From an uncultured Desulfobacter sp. (lineage in GTDB: Bacteria > Desulfobacterota > Desulfobacteria > Desulfobacterales > Desulfobacteraceae), in assembly GCA_963665095.1 (NCBI GenBank), contig OY762069.1, positions 2,400,001 through 2,464,000 on the forward strand: a stretch of 64,000 nt of DNA, given 5' to 3'. Shown here piece by piece: positions 38,634 to 48,796 of the stretch. Under the pieces are notes generated by a model that was not told where the DNA came from, searched no databases, and was given only the letters and a program-made list of their open reading frames with translations. The position numbers and the translations under genes were made by a program. Within the stretch, counting starts at the first letter, position 1; each line of letters starts with the position of its first letter.

Positions 38634-39932
38634 ATGCACCGTTCAGACACGAAAGATACCTGTGTGCCGCCCGCCGGTATCCCCTCTTGGTCAATCAATA
38701 ATCAAACGCCGGGAACAGGCGTCAAGCTGTTCATTCTGGCAACCGCATATATCTGCCAGACAATACCCATCGGGTTTTGCTGGGTCGGCCTGCCGGTTGT
38801 CCTGCGCCAGGCAGGGGCCGGCCTTCAGTGTATCGGTTGGCTGACCATGCTCTATATTCCCTGGGCCTTGAAATTTTTATGGGCACCCTGGGTGGATCGG
38901 TATTACCTGCCCGGGATCGGGCGGAGGCGCTCCTGGATTTTTCCGCTTCAATGGATTTCCGCAACTCTTCTCGGGGGATTGGCCTTATTCCCCCCCATGT
39001 CTGCGCCCGTCACTGCCTTTTCACTGATTCTGGCAGCAAATTTTGTTTTTGCCACCAACGATATTGCTGTTGACGGGTATGCGGCAGACATTCTTGAAGA
39101 TAAGGAAAGGGCCTGGGGCAACAGCGTGCAGATGGGCGGCGGTTTTATCGGCCACATGCTGGGCGGCGGCGTGTTTGTCATGCTGTACGGCCATGCGGGA
39201 TGGGGGGCGACACTGGGCATCATGGCCGGGTCAACCCTGTTGTTCAGCCTGGTGTTCGTATGCCACAAAGAGATCCCGCCTTTGGACCGGAACCTTTTGA
39301 ATAGGGCAGCTGTCAGCCCCCATATCCCCAGGTTATGGCCCTTTTTAAAAGCGCCCCGGACCCGCCGTATTTTTTTATGGATATTTCTGATGTCACTGCT
39401 GAGTCACGGCGGAATGTACACACGGATTCCCATGTTATGCGACCTTGGGTTCAGCAGCAGTGAGGTGGGATCGCTTCTGCTGCGGTATGCGTTTCCTTTC
39501 GGCTTTGCAGGAACCCTGATCGCCGGATTTTCCATCACCAGATTCGGCGCAAGGCCGCTCAGCTATGCCGGTGGGGCAGCCGCAGCAGGAATTGCCCTGA
39601 TGACCGTGCATATCATCACGGCGGAAAACCTGTCCCCCGGGTGGATAGCCGCCATGCTGGCCGGGGAGCAGATGATCATTGGCTGCATCCAGGTCCTTGT
39701 CTACACCATCATCACCGCTGCCAGTGCCGGTCCCCAGTCCGGAACCAACTATGCGGCATTGTGCAGCGGCTCCCATATTATTTTTTTCAGCCTGGCCCCT
39801 TTCATGAGTACGTTGGCAGATGCCGGCGGGTATGTTCTTTTTTACAGGGCTCTGGCCATCGGTGTTATCCCGGTCATGTTCCTGGCGGATATGGCGTTCC
39901 TAAAATTTAACAGATCCCTGGCAAAAAAATAA
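38634..39932 (+). CDS. MFS transporter, AmpG/RhtX/FptX siderophore permease family
   Basis: PWALKFLWAPWVDR, RRRSW, ATNDIAVDG. Confidence 0.9.
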   Translation: MHRSDTKDTCVPPAGIPSWSINNQTPGTGVKLFILATAYICQTIPIGFCWVGLPVVLRQAGAGLQCIGWLTMLYIPWALKFLWAPWVDRYYLPGIGRRRSWIFPLQWISATLLGGLALFPPMSAPVTAFSLILAANFVFATNDIAVDGYAADILEDKERAWGNSVQMGGGFIGHMLGGGVFVMLYGHAGWGATLGIMAGSTLLFSLVFVCHKEIPPLDRNLLNRAAVSPHIPRLWPFLKAPRTRRIFLWIFLMSLLSHGGMYTRIPMLCDLGFSSSEVGSLLLRYAFPFGFAGTLIAGFSITRFGARPLSYAGGAAAAGIALMTVHIITAENLSPGWIAAMLAGEQMIIGCIQVLVYTIITAASAGPQSGTNYAALCSGSHIIFFSLAPFMSTLADAGGYVLFYRALAIGVIPVMFLADMAFLKFNRSLAKK

Positions 39933-39976
39933 ACGCAATTTCAAAATATTGGAAAGACATTAAACAGGAGAGGAAG

Positions 39977-42085
39977 ATGCAAAGAAGATATGCAGTTAAA
40001 CAGATACTTGTAACCCTGGCGGCAGTGGTGCTTTGCTTCACGGCTGCGGGGTTTGCCCAGGAACCGGCGCAGGATGAGACCCTGTCTTTAGCCCCCTTGA
40101 CGGTAACAGCCGAGAAAAAAACGCAGAATGCCCAGGATGTTGCTTCAAGCCTTACGGCCTTTTCGGATACAGATATTCAGGATGCCGGCATCACCACAAT
40201 TCAGGACCTTTCCAATGTGGTGCCCAATCTATATATTGCCAACTGGGGCATCCGGGGGACATCCTACGTGTTTATCCGCGGCATCGGGGCGATCAACAAC
40301 GAACCGGCCGTGGGATTCTACATTGACGATGTCGGCTATATGGATTCCAGGGCATTTGATACAAACCTTTTTGATATTGAACGTATCGAGGTTCTGCGCG
40401 GTCCCCAGGGGACACTCTACGGCCGCAATTCCCTGGCGGGGGTGGTCAATATTGTCACCCAAAAACCGGACAATGAGACGGTTGCCGGCATGACATACAC
40501 GGCCGGAAACTACAGCCTGCACCAGGGAAGCGTCTACCTGCGCACCCCTGTTGCCGACGACCGGCTTTTCCTGGGCCTGTCCGCCGGTATGGAATCCCGG
40601 GACGGCTACACGGACAACACATACCTTGGTGAAGATGTGGATGACCATGACGCCTTGAACGGGCGCCTGAACCTGAGATGGACACCATCTGAAAAACTCG
40701 ATGTTTCCCTGGCGATTGACGGTGAACATATGGATGATGGGGCGTTTCCTTTGGGAAATCTTTATTCGCTGCGGGAAAATCCCCATGACATTGCCTATGA
40801 TTACAAGGGCGATTATGAACGGGATGTGTTCGGGACTTCTTTGCGCGCCGCCTGTGATACCTCCTGGGGCCGTATCACATCCATTACCGCCTTCCGCACT
40901 TTTGAGGATTCCGCATCCAATGATCAGGATTTTACCATTTATCCCCTTTACACGGCCCGGGAAACCATTGACGATGACCAGTTCACCCAGGAAATCCGCC
41001 TGGCATCCCCGGATGACGGAAGGGATCTGGAGTGGCTGGTGGGTCTGTACGGATTCAGCAAGGAAAAGGACCATTTCCTGAATCTGAATTATGCGGCCGG
41101 CGTTGTTCTGCCCGATGCGGCTGTTGACCAGGATGCGGATTCGGATCTATCTGTCCACGGTGGTGCCCTTTTTGGCCAGGCAACCTATACCCTGTTTGAA
41201 AAGCTGGGGCTTTCGGCCGGTCTCCGGTATGATTACGAAAAAAGCGAGATAGACCACCTGACAACCCTGTCATCAGGCGGTTCGGTATTCAGCAGCACGG
41301 CGGTTGACGATTCAGAGGAAAACGATGCCTTGCTGCCAAAGGTCCAAATGACCTACCACTATACGCCCGACCTGATGACCTATGCCGGGGTTTCCCGGGG
41401 ATACCGCAGCGGCGGCTTCAACACCGCATATGAAGACGCTTCCGATATAAAATTCGAAAGTGAATTCAGCTGGAACTATGAGATGGGATGCAAGTCATCA
41501 TGGTTTGACAACCGCCTTCATGTAAATACATCTGTATTCTTCATCGAAATTAAGGACCAGCAGATCGTTCAACTGCTTCCTTCGGCAGATACAATGATCA
41601 AAAATGCCGGTAAGTCGCAGAGTACCGGATTTGAAATAGAAACCAAAGCCCGATTATATAAAGGTCTGACCCTGGAGGCAGGCTTTGGTTACGCTGATTC
41701 GGAATTTAAGGATCATCAGGATACTCTGGCCGGCACTGACTACAAAGGCAACAAGACACCGCTGGCGCCTGAATACACCTACAACCTTGCACTGCAGTAC
41801 AATAAGGCTGTGTCAGACAGATGGGATATATTCTTCCGGACGGAACTCAACGGGATTGGCCCCTTTTACTGGGATGATGCCAATACGTTGAAGCAGGACG
41901 CGTATCAGCTGGTGAACATGAGCCTGGGCCTGGAAAGTGAAAAGGTGGATATTGTCCTGTGGGCCAGAAACCTGTTTGATGAAGCCTATGAATCCGTTGC
42001 ATTTGAGTTTCCGGGCTCCGATCCCATTGGACAGTCCGGTGATCCGCTTACCATGGGAATTACTGTCCGGTTCAGATTTTTATGA
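39977..42085 (+). CDS. TonB-dependent receptor (FyuA-like)
   Basis: LTVTAEK, IRGIG..PAVGFYIDDV, ERIEVLRGPQGTLYGRN, GYRSGGFN. Confidence 0.95.
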   Translation: MQRRYAVKQILVTLAAVVLCFTAAGFAQEPAQDETLSLAPLTVTAEKKTQNAQDVASSLTAFSDTDIQDAGITTIQDLSNVVPNLYIANWGIRGTSYVFIRGIGAINNEPAVGFYIDDVGYMDSRAFDTNLFDIERIEVLRGPQGTLYGRNSLAGVVNIVTQKPDNETVAGMTYTAGNYSLHQGSVYLRTPVADDRLFLGLSAGMESRDGYTDNTYLGEDVDDHDALNGRLNLRWTPSEKLDVSLAIDGEHMDDGAFPLGNLYSLRENPHDIAYDYKGDYERDVFGTSLRAACDTSWGRITSITAFRTFEDSASNDQDFTIYPLYTARETIDDDQFTQEIRLASPDDGRDLEWLVGLYGFSKEKDHFLNLNYAAGVVLPDAAVDQDADSDLSVHGGALFGQATYTLFEKLGLSAGLRYDYEKSEIDHLTTLSSGGSVFSSTAVDDSEENDALLPKVQMTYHYTPDLMTYAGVSRGYRSGGFNTAYEDASDIKFESEFSWNYEMGCKSSWFDNRLHVNTSVFFIEIKDQQIVQLLPSADTMIKNAGKSQSTGFEIETKARLYKGLTLEAGFGYADSEFKDHQDTLAGTDYKGNKTPLAPEYTYNLALQYNKAVSDRWDIFFRTELNGIGPFYWDDANTLKQDAYQLVNMSLGLESEKVDIVLWARNLFDEAYESVAFEFPGSDPIGQSGDPLTMGITVRFRFL

Positions 42086-42105
42086 CCGGTCACTGTCGGC
42101 CAAGA

Positions 42106-42140
42106 TTTCACCCGGGGTCCGGCATCAGCCCCGGGTGAAA
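42106..42140. terminator. hairpin between convergent genes
   Basis: TTTCACCCGGGG / CCCCGGGTGAAA perfect 12-bp stem. Confidence 0.75.
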
Positions 42141-42156
42141 GAACAAAGGCGTTTTG

Positions 42157-42378
42157 TCAGCTTTCCTCAATAACGGCCAGTACCTGTTTGGTAGCCACTT
42201 TGTCCCCTGTTTTAACAAGGATATCCAACACCTTCCCACTGCCTGTGGCAATGATGGGGTTTTCCATTTTCATGGCTTCAAGGATTAAAAGCTCCTGGTC
42301 TTCAGCCACCGTGTCTCCCACGGATACATTGACCTCGCAAATGGTGCCCGGCATGGGGCTTAGAATTTGAATATTCAT
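42157..42378 (-). CDS. biotin carboxyl carrier protein
   Basis: SPMPG, LEAMKMEN. Confidence 0.95.
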   Translation of the reverse strand: MNIQILSPMPGTICEVNVSVGDTVAEDQELLILEAMKMENPIIATGSGKVLDILVKTGDKVATKQVLAVIEES

Positions 42379-42419
42379 TTCTGTCTCCTTAATTCAAAAT
42401 GTTATCTGTTCAGTATCAC

Positions 42420-43967
42420 TTAGTCGAGATACTTCTCAATCATCTGGCGCAGCTCTTTTTTGGCAATTTTTCCGATGAGTGACCTTGGAACATCCTGGGT
42501 AATGACGATTTTTCTTGGCACTTTATAATCTGCCAGCCCCTTTTTGCAGTATTGCATCAGGGCGTCCGATTCAATTTCAAAGCCGGGTTCAGGAATGACA
42601 AAGGCCACGCCGGTTTCCCCCCAGACCGGATCAGGGATCTCCAGTACGGCCGAGGTATTCACCCCCTTGAAAGTATTGAGATAGGTCTCCACCTCCACAG
42701 GATATACATTATATCCCCCTGATATATACATCTCCTTGATGCGGCCCTTGAAATGCAGATACCCGTCCTTGTCCAGGGCACCCAAATCACCGGTGCTCAT
42801 CCAGCCGTCAACAAATACTCCCTTGTCATCTTCAGGGTCCATGTATCCACTGATGACGCTGTCCCCTTTTACCCACATCTCCCCAACCTCTCCCTGGGGC
42901 ACCTCATTGCCGTTGAGGTCCAGGATCTTCATGGCAAATTCCGGGGCAGGTTTGCCTTCCGTCTTTTCTACAATCTCAAAACTGTCTTCAATTCCGGTAA
43001 AAGTAAAGAAACCACCGGTTTCGCTCATGCCCCAGGAGGCCACGATTTTGGCATGGGGATAAGCTTGCGCCAAATTATGGATCAGCTCGGCAGAGGAGGG
43101 TTCCCCCGAGGTGACAACGCACTTCACCGATGTCAGATCGGCTTTGGAGAAATCAGCGTTCTTGAATATGAGCCGGTGCATGGTGGGCACGCCGCCCATA
43201 AAGGTAATCTTCTGTGCTGACATGAGATCCAGGGTCTCCTGGGGATCAAACTTGGGCACCAGAATGCCGGTGGCACCGGAATAATACTGGGCTGCCAGCA
43301 TATCATGGGTACCGGCCACATGGCTTGTGGGCATGTTGCACAGAAACCGGTCTTCGGCTGTCAGCTGCCAGGCTTCGGTGGTGGCTTTGGCCATGGCCCA
43401 GGTGTTCTTGTGGCTGAGCACTGCCCCCTTGGGACGGCCGGTGGTGCCGCTGGTAAAAATAATAATATAAGGGGCATCGCCATCCGGCTGCAAATCTTTG
43501 GGGATAGGCGCATCATCCCCTTCCAGAAGTGATTCAAAGGGCTTTCCATCTTTGGCATCCAGAACGCCCATATATGAAAACACCGATTCAAATGAAAACA
43601 TGTGGATCAGCGCCTCCACCTCAGCCTTGATCTGTTCGGGAAAGGCAAGACTGACCAGAATCCTTGGGGCGGTCCGGTTGCAAAGGGCAGCCATTTCACC
43701 GGCCTTGAACCGGGGATCAAGAGGCACCACCACAAGACCGATCCTGCCGGCCGCCATATATATGATGGAAAATGCAGGGGACTGGGGCAAAAGCGTTGCA
43801 ATGCGGTCCCCCTGTTTTAAACCAAGGTCCAGCAGTTGCCTTGCCACCTGGTTGATCTGGCAATCAAACTGCGCCCAGGTCACAGCCTGGCCAAAGAAAA
43901 GATACGCTGTCTGGTCGGGCCTGTTAGCTGCATGGGTCTCAATGATACTTGGGAATGCACCTGTCAT
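42420..43967 (-). CDS. acyl-CoA synthetase (class I adenylate-forming enzyme)
   Basis: FTSGTTGRPKG, WGMSE, TGD, GRIKEM..SGGYNVYP.E, GKI. Confidence 0.93.
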   Translation of the reverse strand: MTGAFPSIIETHAANRPDQTAYLFFGQAVTWAQFDCQINQVARQLLDLGLKQGDRIATLLPQSPAFSIIYMAAGRIGLVVVPLDPRFKAGEMAALCNRTAPRILVSLAFPEQIKAEVEALIHMFSFESVFSYMGVLDAKDGKPFESLLEGDDAPIPKDLQPDGDAPYIIIFTSGTTGRPKGAVLSHKNTWAMAKATTEAWQLTAEDRFLCNMPTSHVAGTHDMLAAQYYSGATGILVPKFDPQETLDLMSAQKITFMGGVPTMHRLIFKNADFSKADLTSVKCVVTSGEPSSAELIHNLAQAYPHAKIVASWGMSETGGFFTFTGIEDSFEIVEKTEGKPAPEFAMKILDLNGNEVPQGEVGEMWVKGDSVISGYMDPEDDKGVFVDGWMSTGDLGALDKDGYLHFKGRIKEMYISGGYNVYPVEVETYLNTFKGVNTSAVLEIPDPVWGETGVAFVIPEPGFEIESDALMQYCKKGLADYKVPRKIVITQDVPRSLIGKIAKKELRQMIEKYLD

Positions 43968-44053
43968 TTTCGGTCCTCCTTTTATAGTAGTTGGTTGAAA
44001 CCTGTCTTTTGATGATTGCGGACTATCCTCTTAAAAATCTTTTCCCAGTATGT

Positions 44054-45616
44054 CTAGCACCTCATGCCCCGCTTTTTAACCCCCAGATTGGTGGCTTCAT
44101 GGTTGAAAATTGTCTCCACCCAGTCGCACAGCAAAGGCCGGGTTTCCCTGGGATCAATGATATCCTCAATCCCGAAATGCTCAGCCGCCCGGAAGGGCTG
44201 GGCAAAGCCACGGTAATAGGCCTGTAGCTGGTCATGAAGGGCCATGGGATCTTCGGCTGACTCAATCTCCGCCCTGTGGGCCGCATAGACCCCGCCCTCA
44301 ATGGGGATGTTACCCCAGTAAGCAGAAGGCCATGCATAGCGCCAGTTCAGCTTGGATGGATCGGCCTGGGCACCGCCGGCCACGCCAAAACACTTCCGGA
44401 TATAAATGGAGGCCCAGGGCACTGTGGCCTGGATCACGGAAAAGCTGGCCCTGACCCCTTTGCGGATGGTGCCGTAGTTTTCCGACTCCACGCCGATAAA
44501 AAAACCGGGCTGGTCAATGAGGTTTACAATGGGCAGGTGAAAGGTGTCGCACATGTCAATGAACCGCTGGAACTTTTCCGCCACATCCCAGGCAAAGGAA
44601 CCAGCCCTGAATCTCGGGTCATTTGCCAGGACTCCCACCGGGTACCCGTTGAGCCGGGCAAGGGCCGTGATCTGAGAGCGGCCCTGGTATTTGCCGATTT
44701 CAAAAAGCGAATCCGTATCAAAGACACATTGAAGAATCTTTCTCATGTCGTAGGTTTTTCTGCCGTCCCTGGGCACAATGGAGAGCAGGTCCTCTTCCCT
44801 GCGACCGGGATCATCTTTGTCCTGGTATTTTCTTTCAGGCAATTCCCATACATTGGCAGGCAGATAGTCCAGGAAACGCCTTGCCTGCTCCATGGCATCT
44901 TCTTCACTCTCCGCCTCATTATCAATCACCCCGCTGATCCGGGTATGGATCCGGTAACCGCCCAGCTCCTCTTTGGTGACCTTCTGACCCTGGGCAAACT
45001 GGACCAGGGGCGGCCCGCCCACAAACACCTGGCTCTTTTCCCTGACCATGACGGAAAAATGGGACTCCACAGCCAGCATGGCTCCGATACCGGAAACAGG
45101 CCCTAACGCCACAGCCACCATGGGTACTTCAGACATGAGATCTGCGAGCATCCCCATGGCCACGTCATTGACCACGGGCAATTCCAGGTACCCGATATCC
45201 GCCACCTCCCGGATGGTCCCGCCAGCCCCGTCCAAAAGCCGCACCATAGGCAGCCGCAGCTCATGGGCCATCTTACCGTTATACGCCAGTTTGGCCTTGA
45301 ACAGGCGCCCCACCGATGCCCCGCGGATGGTAAAATCATCTCCCTGGACAATGACCTTTCGCCCGTTGATCTTTCCCTGGCCAATAACAACGGGACACGG
45401 CGTCAAAGTGTCCAGGTCCTGGTTGTTATTCACATAGGTGGCCACACCGGTCATCATTCCTGTCTCCTTGAATGTATCGGGATCAAGGAGGTAGTCAATC
45501 CTTTCCCGAACCGTCATCTTGCCTAACTCATGCTGTTTGGCCACCCCTTTTTCGCCCCCCAGTTCATGGGCGATTTTTTTCCGCTTCTGGATCTCTTCAA
45601 CCTCTTTTTTCCACAT
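44054..45616 (-). CDS. acyl-CoA carboxylase/decarboxylase carboxyltransferase subunit
   Basis: GKMTVRERI..LLD, DFTIRGAS, EELGG, DQPGF, IIDPRETR. Confidence 0.93.
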   Translation of the reverse strand: MWKKEVEEIQKRKKIAHELGGEKGVAKQHELGKMTVRERIDYLLDPDTFKETGMMTGVATYVNNNQDLDTLTPCPVVIGQGKINGRKVIVQGDDFTIRGASVGRLFKAKLAYNGKMAHELRLPMVRLLDGAGGTIREVADIGYLELPVVNDVAMGMLADLMSEVPMVAVALGPVSGIGAMLAVESHFSVMVREKSQVFVGGPPLVQFAQGQKVTKEELGGYRIHTRISGVIDNEAESEEDAMEQARRFLDYLPANVWELPERKYQDKDDPGRREEDLLSIVPRDGRKTYDMRKILQCVFDTDSLFEIGKYQGRSQITALARLNGYPVGVLANDPRFRAGSFAWDVAEKFQRFIDMCDTFHLPIVNLIDQPGFFIGVESENYGTIRKGVRASFSVIQATVPWASIYIRKCFGVAGGAQADPSKLNWRYAWPSAYWGNIPIEGGVYAAHRAEIESAEDPMALHDQLQAYYRGFAQPFRAAEHFGIEDIIDPRETRPLLCDWVETIFNHEATNLGVKKRGMRC

Positions 45617-45777
45617 ATGCGCGTCTCCTTTGCTGCCGGGACAAAATAATGGGCAGCTGCAATGGTTGATGGGTATGTTGACGGTTTATGCTGCGGGTCA
45701 ATGTCTTATTCACAGCCCTGTTTACGGCCGAATTCATGGTTGGTGACCCTACAACTGAATTCAATACGTTCTAACTA

Positions 45778-45800
45778 CTGAACACCGTTCGGGCTGTCAA
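45778..45800 (-). promoter_or_regulatory. TTGACA -35 with adjacent palindrome (TetR-like operator candidate)
   Basis: TGTCAA 45795-45800; CTGAAC-ACC-GTTCGG 45778-45792. Confidence 0.4.
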
Positions 45801-46002
45801 GACAAAACCAGAATTTAATTCATTTATTTATATACCTTATTTCTTCTATCTAATTGATGAATCTGTATGCTGATTTTATATACGGATAGCCAATTCGCAT
45901 TTTAAAAATCAATTGGATTTAAACGGGCATGGATGCAAAAAAACTTTGGATGCAAAAAATGTTATGAACAATTAATACTTTCTTAAGGAGGGAGCCTTAG
46001 TT

Positions 46003-47094
46003 ATGGCTAAAAATTTCTTTTCAACCCGCGTTGGCATAATTGCGGTGGGTGCGGTGATCGGTATTCTGGCGGCTGTGTTGCAGAAACTTGGAAATCCGGG
46101 GAACATGGGCATCTGTGTGGCCTGCTTTGAACGGGATATCGCAGGGGCACTCGGACTTCACCGGGCAGGCGTGGTTCAGTACATCCGGCCTGAGATCATT
46201 GGATTTGTTTTAGGGTCTCTTGTAGCTGCTTACAGTTTCAAAGAGTTCAAACCAAGATGCGGGTCCGCCCCCATCGTTCGTTTTGTATTAGGCGTCTTTG
46301 CCATGATCGGTGCGCTTGTTTTCCTTGGCTGCCCCTGGCGGGCCGTGCTCCGCCTGGCCGGCGGGGATCTGAATGCCATTTTAGGGATTGCAGGCCTTGG
46401 ATTCGGCATCTGGATCGGAGTCATGTTCCTGAAAAACGGATATAACCTTGGCCGCACCCAGAGTACCCATGCCGGAGCCGCATGGATGCTGCCTCTGGTG
46501 ATGCTGGGATTTCTGGCATTGATGTTCATTTATCCCCAGGTGGCTGGTGAAGGTAAAAGCGGGGTTTTGTTCTACAGTCTTAAAGGGCCGGGCGCCATGC
46601 ATGCCCCGCTGATCATCTCCCTGGTGGTGGGTTTGGGTATTGGATTCTTAGCCCAGCGCAGCCGGTTCTGCACCATGGGCGCTTTGCGTGACCTGATCCT
46701 GTTCGGCCAGACCCATCTGCTCTCCGGATTTATCTCCCTTCTGGTATGCGCCTGCATCGCCAATGTGGTTTTAGGGCAGTTTCATCCCGGATTTACGGGT
46801 CAGCCTGTGGCCCACACCCTGCATCTGTGGAACTTTTTAGGAATGGCCCTGGCAGGCCTGGCCTTTGCCCTGGCCGGTGGATGTCCCGGTCGCCAGCTTT
46901 TCCTGGCCGGTGAAGGGGATACCGACGCATCTGTATTTGTTTTAGGTATGATCGTAGGCGCAGGCTTTGCCCACAACTTTGGTCTTGCAAGCTCCCCCAA
47001 GGGTGTTGGCCCCCATGGTATTGCTGCGGTCATTGTGGGATTCGCAGTCTGTTTATTCATCGGATTTGCTATGAGAAAACGGCTTACCAATTAA
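46003..47094 (+). CDS. yedE: YedE family putative selenium transporter
   Basis: GNPGNMGICVACFERD, FLGCP, QRSRFCT, GGCPGRQ. Confidence 0.93.
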   Translation: MAKNFFSTRVGIIAVGAVIGILAAVLQKLGNPGNMGICVACFERDIAGALGLHRAGVVQYIRPEIIGFVLGSLVAAYSFKEFKPRCGSAPIVRFVLGVFAMIGALVFLGCPWRAVLRLAGGDLNAILGIAGLGFGIWIGVMFLKNGYNLGRTQSTHAGAAWMLPLVMLGFLALMFIYPQVAGEGKSGVLFYSLKGPGAMHAPLIISLVVGLGIGFLAQRSRFCTMGALRDLILFGQTHLLSGFISLLVCACIANVVLGQFHPGFTGQPVAHTLHLWNFLGMALAGLAFALAGGCPGRQLFLAGEGDTDASVFVLGMIVGAGFAHNFGLASSPKGVGPHGIAAVIVGFAVCLFIGFAMRKRLTN

Positions 47095-47117
47095 ATTTGA
47101 AAATAAGGAAATAACTC

Positions 47118-47339
47118 ATGAGTACAATAGTTGATGCAAGGGGCCTTTCATGCCCCCAGCCGGTTCTGATGACCCTGGATGCCATTAAGTCCGGGAGTGA
47201 CAGTGAACTTGAAATCCTGGTGGACAATGTCGCCTCCAGGGAAAACGTGGTCCGGGCCGCAGAAAGCAAGGGCTGGAAAGTTGCCGGTATCAATGATAAA
47301 GATAACGGTGACACCGAAATTTCCATCCAGAAGGGATAA
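47118..47339 (+). CDS. TusA/SirA (YedF-like) sulfur/selenium carrier
   Basis: VDARGLSCPQPV. Confidence 0.93.
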   Translation: MSTIVDARGLSCPQPVLMTLDAIKSGSDSELEILVDNVASRENVVRAAESKGWKVAGINDKDNGDTEISIQKG

Positions 47340-47350
47340 GGACCAGGAAT

Positions 47351-47905
47351 TTGTTTAAACGTGTAAGCCGACTGTTTAACAGGACCCGGGTAGATGCTTC
47401 GCCCAGGGCAAAGGAAGATCTGGGCATCCTGGTGTTTGAAAATACCTCTGAGGTGATTCAGGCGGAGAACTTTTTGAAAGATAAGGGGTGGCCCGTCAAG
47501 GTGATGGGGCCGCCCCCCGGTATTCAGAGCGGCTGCGATCTGGTGATCCAGTTTCCCCTGATCGAGCGGCTGGTCCTGACCCGGCAGCTTGAAGAGGCGG
47601 GGCTTCCGCCCCTGGAAGTGGTGCCGGTGACTCATCCCCTGCTCAAGCCTGTGGACCTTTTTCACACAAAGGATTTTGGTGATTACCTTATGGTCCGGGC
47701 CGCCAACATGAAGCTGACCATTGAAAAAAAGACGAAAATCATTGTGAACGTATCCGGGGGCGGCTGTCCTGATGTGCCGTATCTTGCCTGGGAGATGGTG
47801 GGCAAACACCTGGACCAGGCCCCAAGGCCCGGAAAGATCGGGCACACCCTTTGCGGGTATGCTCTGGAACTTGCCCACGAGGAGATGTTACGCCAGTGCT
47901 CCTGA
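47351..47905 (+). CDS. DUF3343 domain protein
   Basis: FENTSEVIQAE..L, GPP..I.SGCDL, GGGCPDVP, LCGY. Confidence 0.8.
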   Translation: MFKRVSRLFNRTRVDASPRAKEDLGILVFENTSEVIQAENFLKDKGWPVKVMGPPPGIQSGCDLVIQFPLIERLVLTRQLEEAGLPPLEVVPVTHPLLKPVDLFHTKDFGDYLMVRAANMKLTIEKKTKIIVNVSGGGCPDVPYLAWEMVGKHLDQAPRPGKIGHTLCGYALELAHEEMLRQCS

Positions 47906-48780
47906 TAGTAGGTACCGTACCCGATGAAAACTTTCCCTTAACGGTGGGACCGGCCCTGCTGGACGGCACTGATCTTGTGGTCAATGGTATCCGTGTGCCC
48001 GTGAACCGGGGGACGCCTGCGCTCATCGGGGCAGTGCTCAAGGCGGCCCTGCTCCTTGGAGATATGGAAATCCAGGTAGCCCTGGTGGGAGATATCGGCA
48101 CAGGCAAAGGCAGCCGGGATCTCTACGGTCATCTTGTCCGGCATATTGGGGAAATGAAACCCGCCACCCTGGCCTTCCACTACCTGCAGCCGGATGTGGA
48201 CTGGCACAATAAGATCCTGTTTGCCATCGAGGAGATGAAAAACAGGCCGATACTCATTGCGGATGCAGGATTCATGTATGCAGCCAAGATGAGCGGCCAG
48301 GCCCAAAGCTATGATCTTTTTACGCCGGATGTGGGGGAACTTTCGTTCCTGGCCGATGAAACCGCGCCCCATCCGTTTTACACCAGGGGCTTCATCCTCC
48401 ACCAGGACAACCAGGTCCCGGACCTTATTGACCGTGCATACCAGCACAAAAATGCCGGTCGCCACCTGCTGGTCAAAGGCAGTGTGGATTATATAGTGGC
48501 AGACGGTAAAATCCTTAACCAGGTGAACCAGCCCTCAGCTGAAGCCATGGAGGCCATGGGCGGCACCGGCGACACCCTGACAGGCCTGGCCTGCGCCCTG
48601 ATCAGCCAGGGAAGGCCCATACCGGAGGCAGCCCACATCGCTGCGCTGACAAACCGGCTGGCAGGGATATATGCAGAACCCACCCCTGCCACCCAGGTCA
48701 TGGAGATTATTTCGCAGATTCCAAAAGCGCTGGCCCAGGCTCTGGAAGAGCCGGGTCCAGCTGATCTGAAACACTTTTAA
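47896..48780 (+). CDS. carbohydrate kinase / NAD(P)H-hydrate dehydratase-like protein
   Basis: IADAG, TPDVGE, LVKG..D, MGGTGDTLTG. Confidence 0.85.
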   Translation: MLLIVGTVPDENFPLTVGPALLDGTDLVVNGIRVPVNRGTPALIGAVLKAALLLGDMEIQVALVGDIGTGKGSRDLYGHLVRHIGEMKPATLAFHYLQPDVDWHNKILFAIEEMKNRPILIADAGFMYAAKMSGQAQSYDLFTPDVGELSFLADETAPHPFYTRGFILHQDNQVPDLIDRAYQHKNAGRHLLVKGSVDYIVADGKILNQVNQPSAEAMEAMGGTGDTLTGLACALISQGRPIPEAAHIAALTNRLAGIYAEPTPATQVMEIISQIPKALAQALEEPGPADLKHF

Positions 48781-48796
48781 TACAGAGCAGGCAGAT

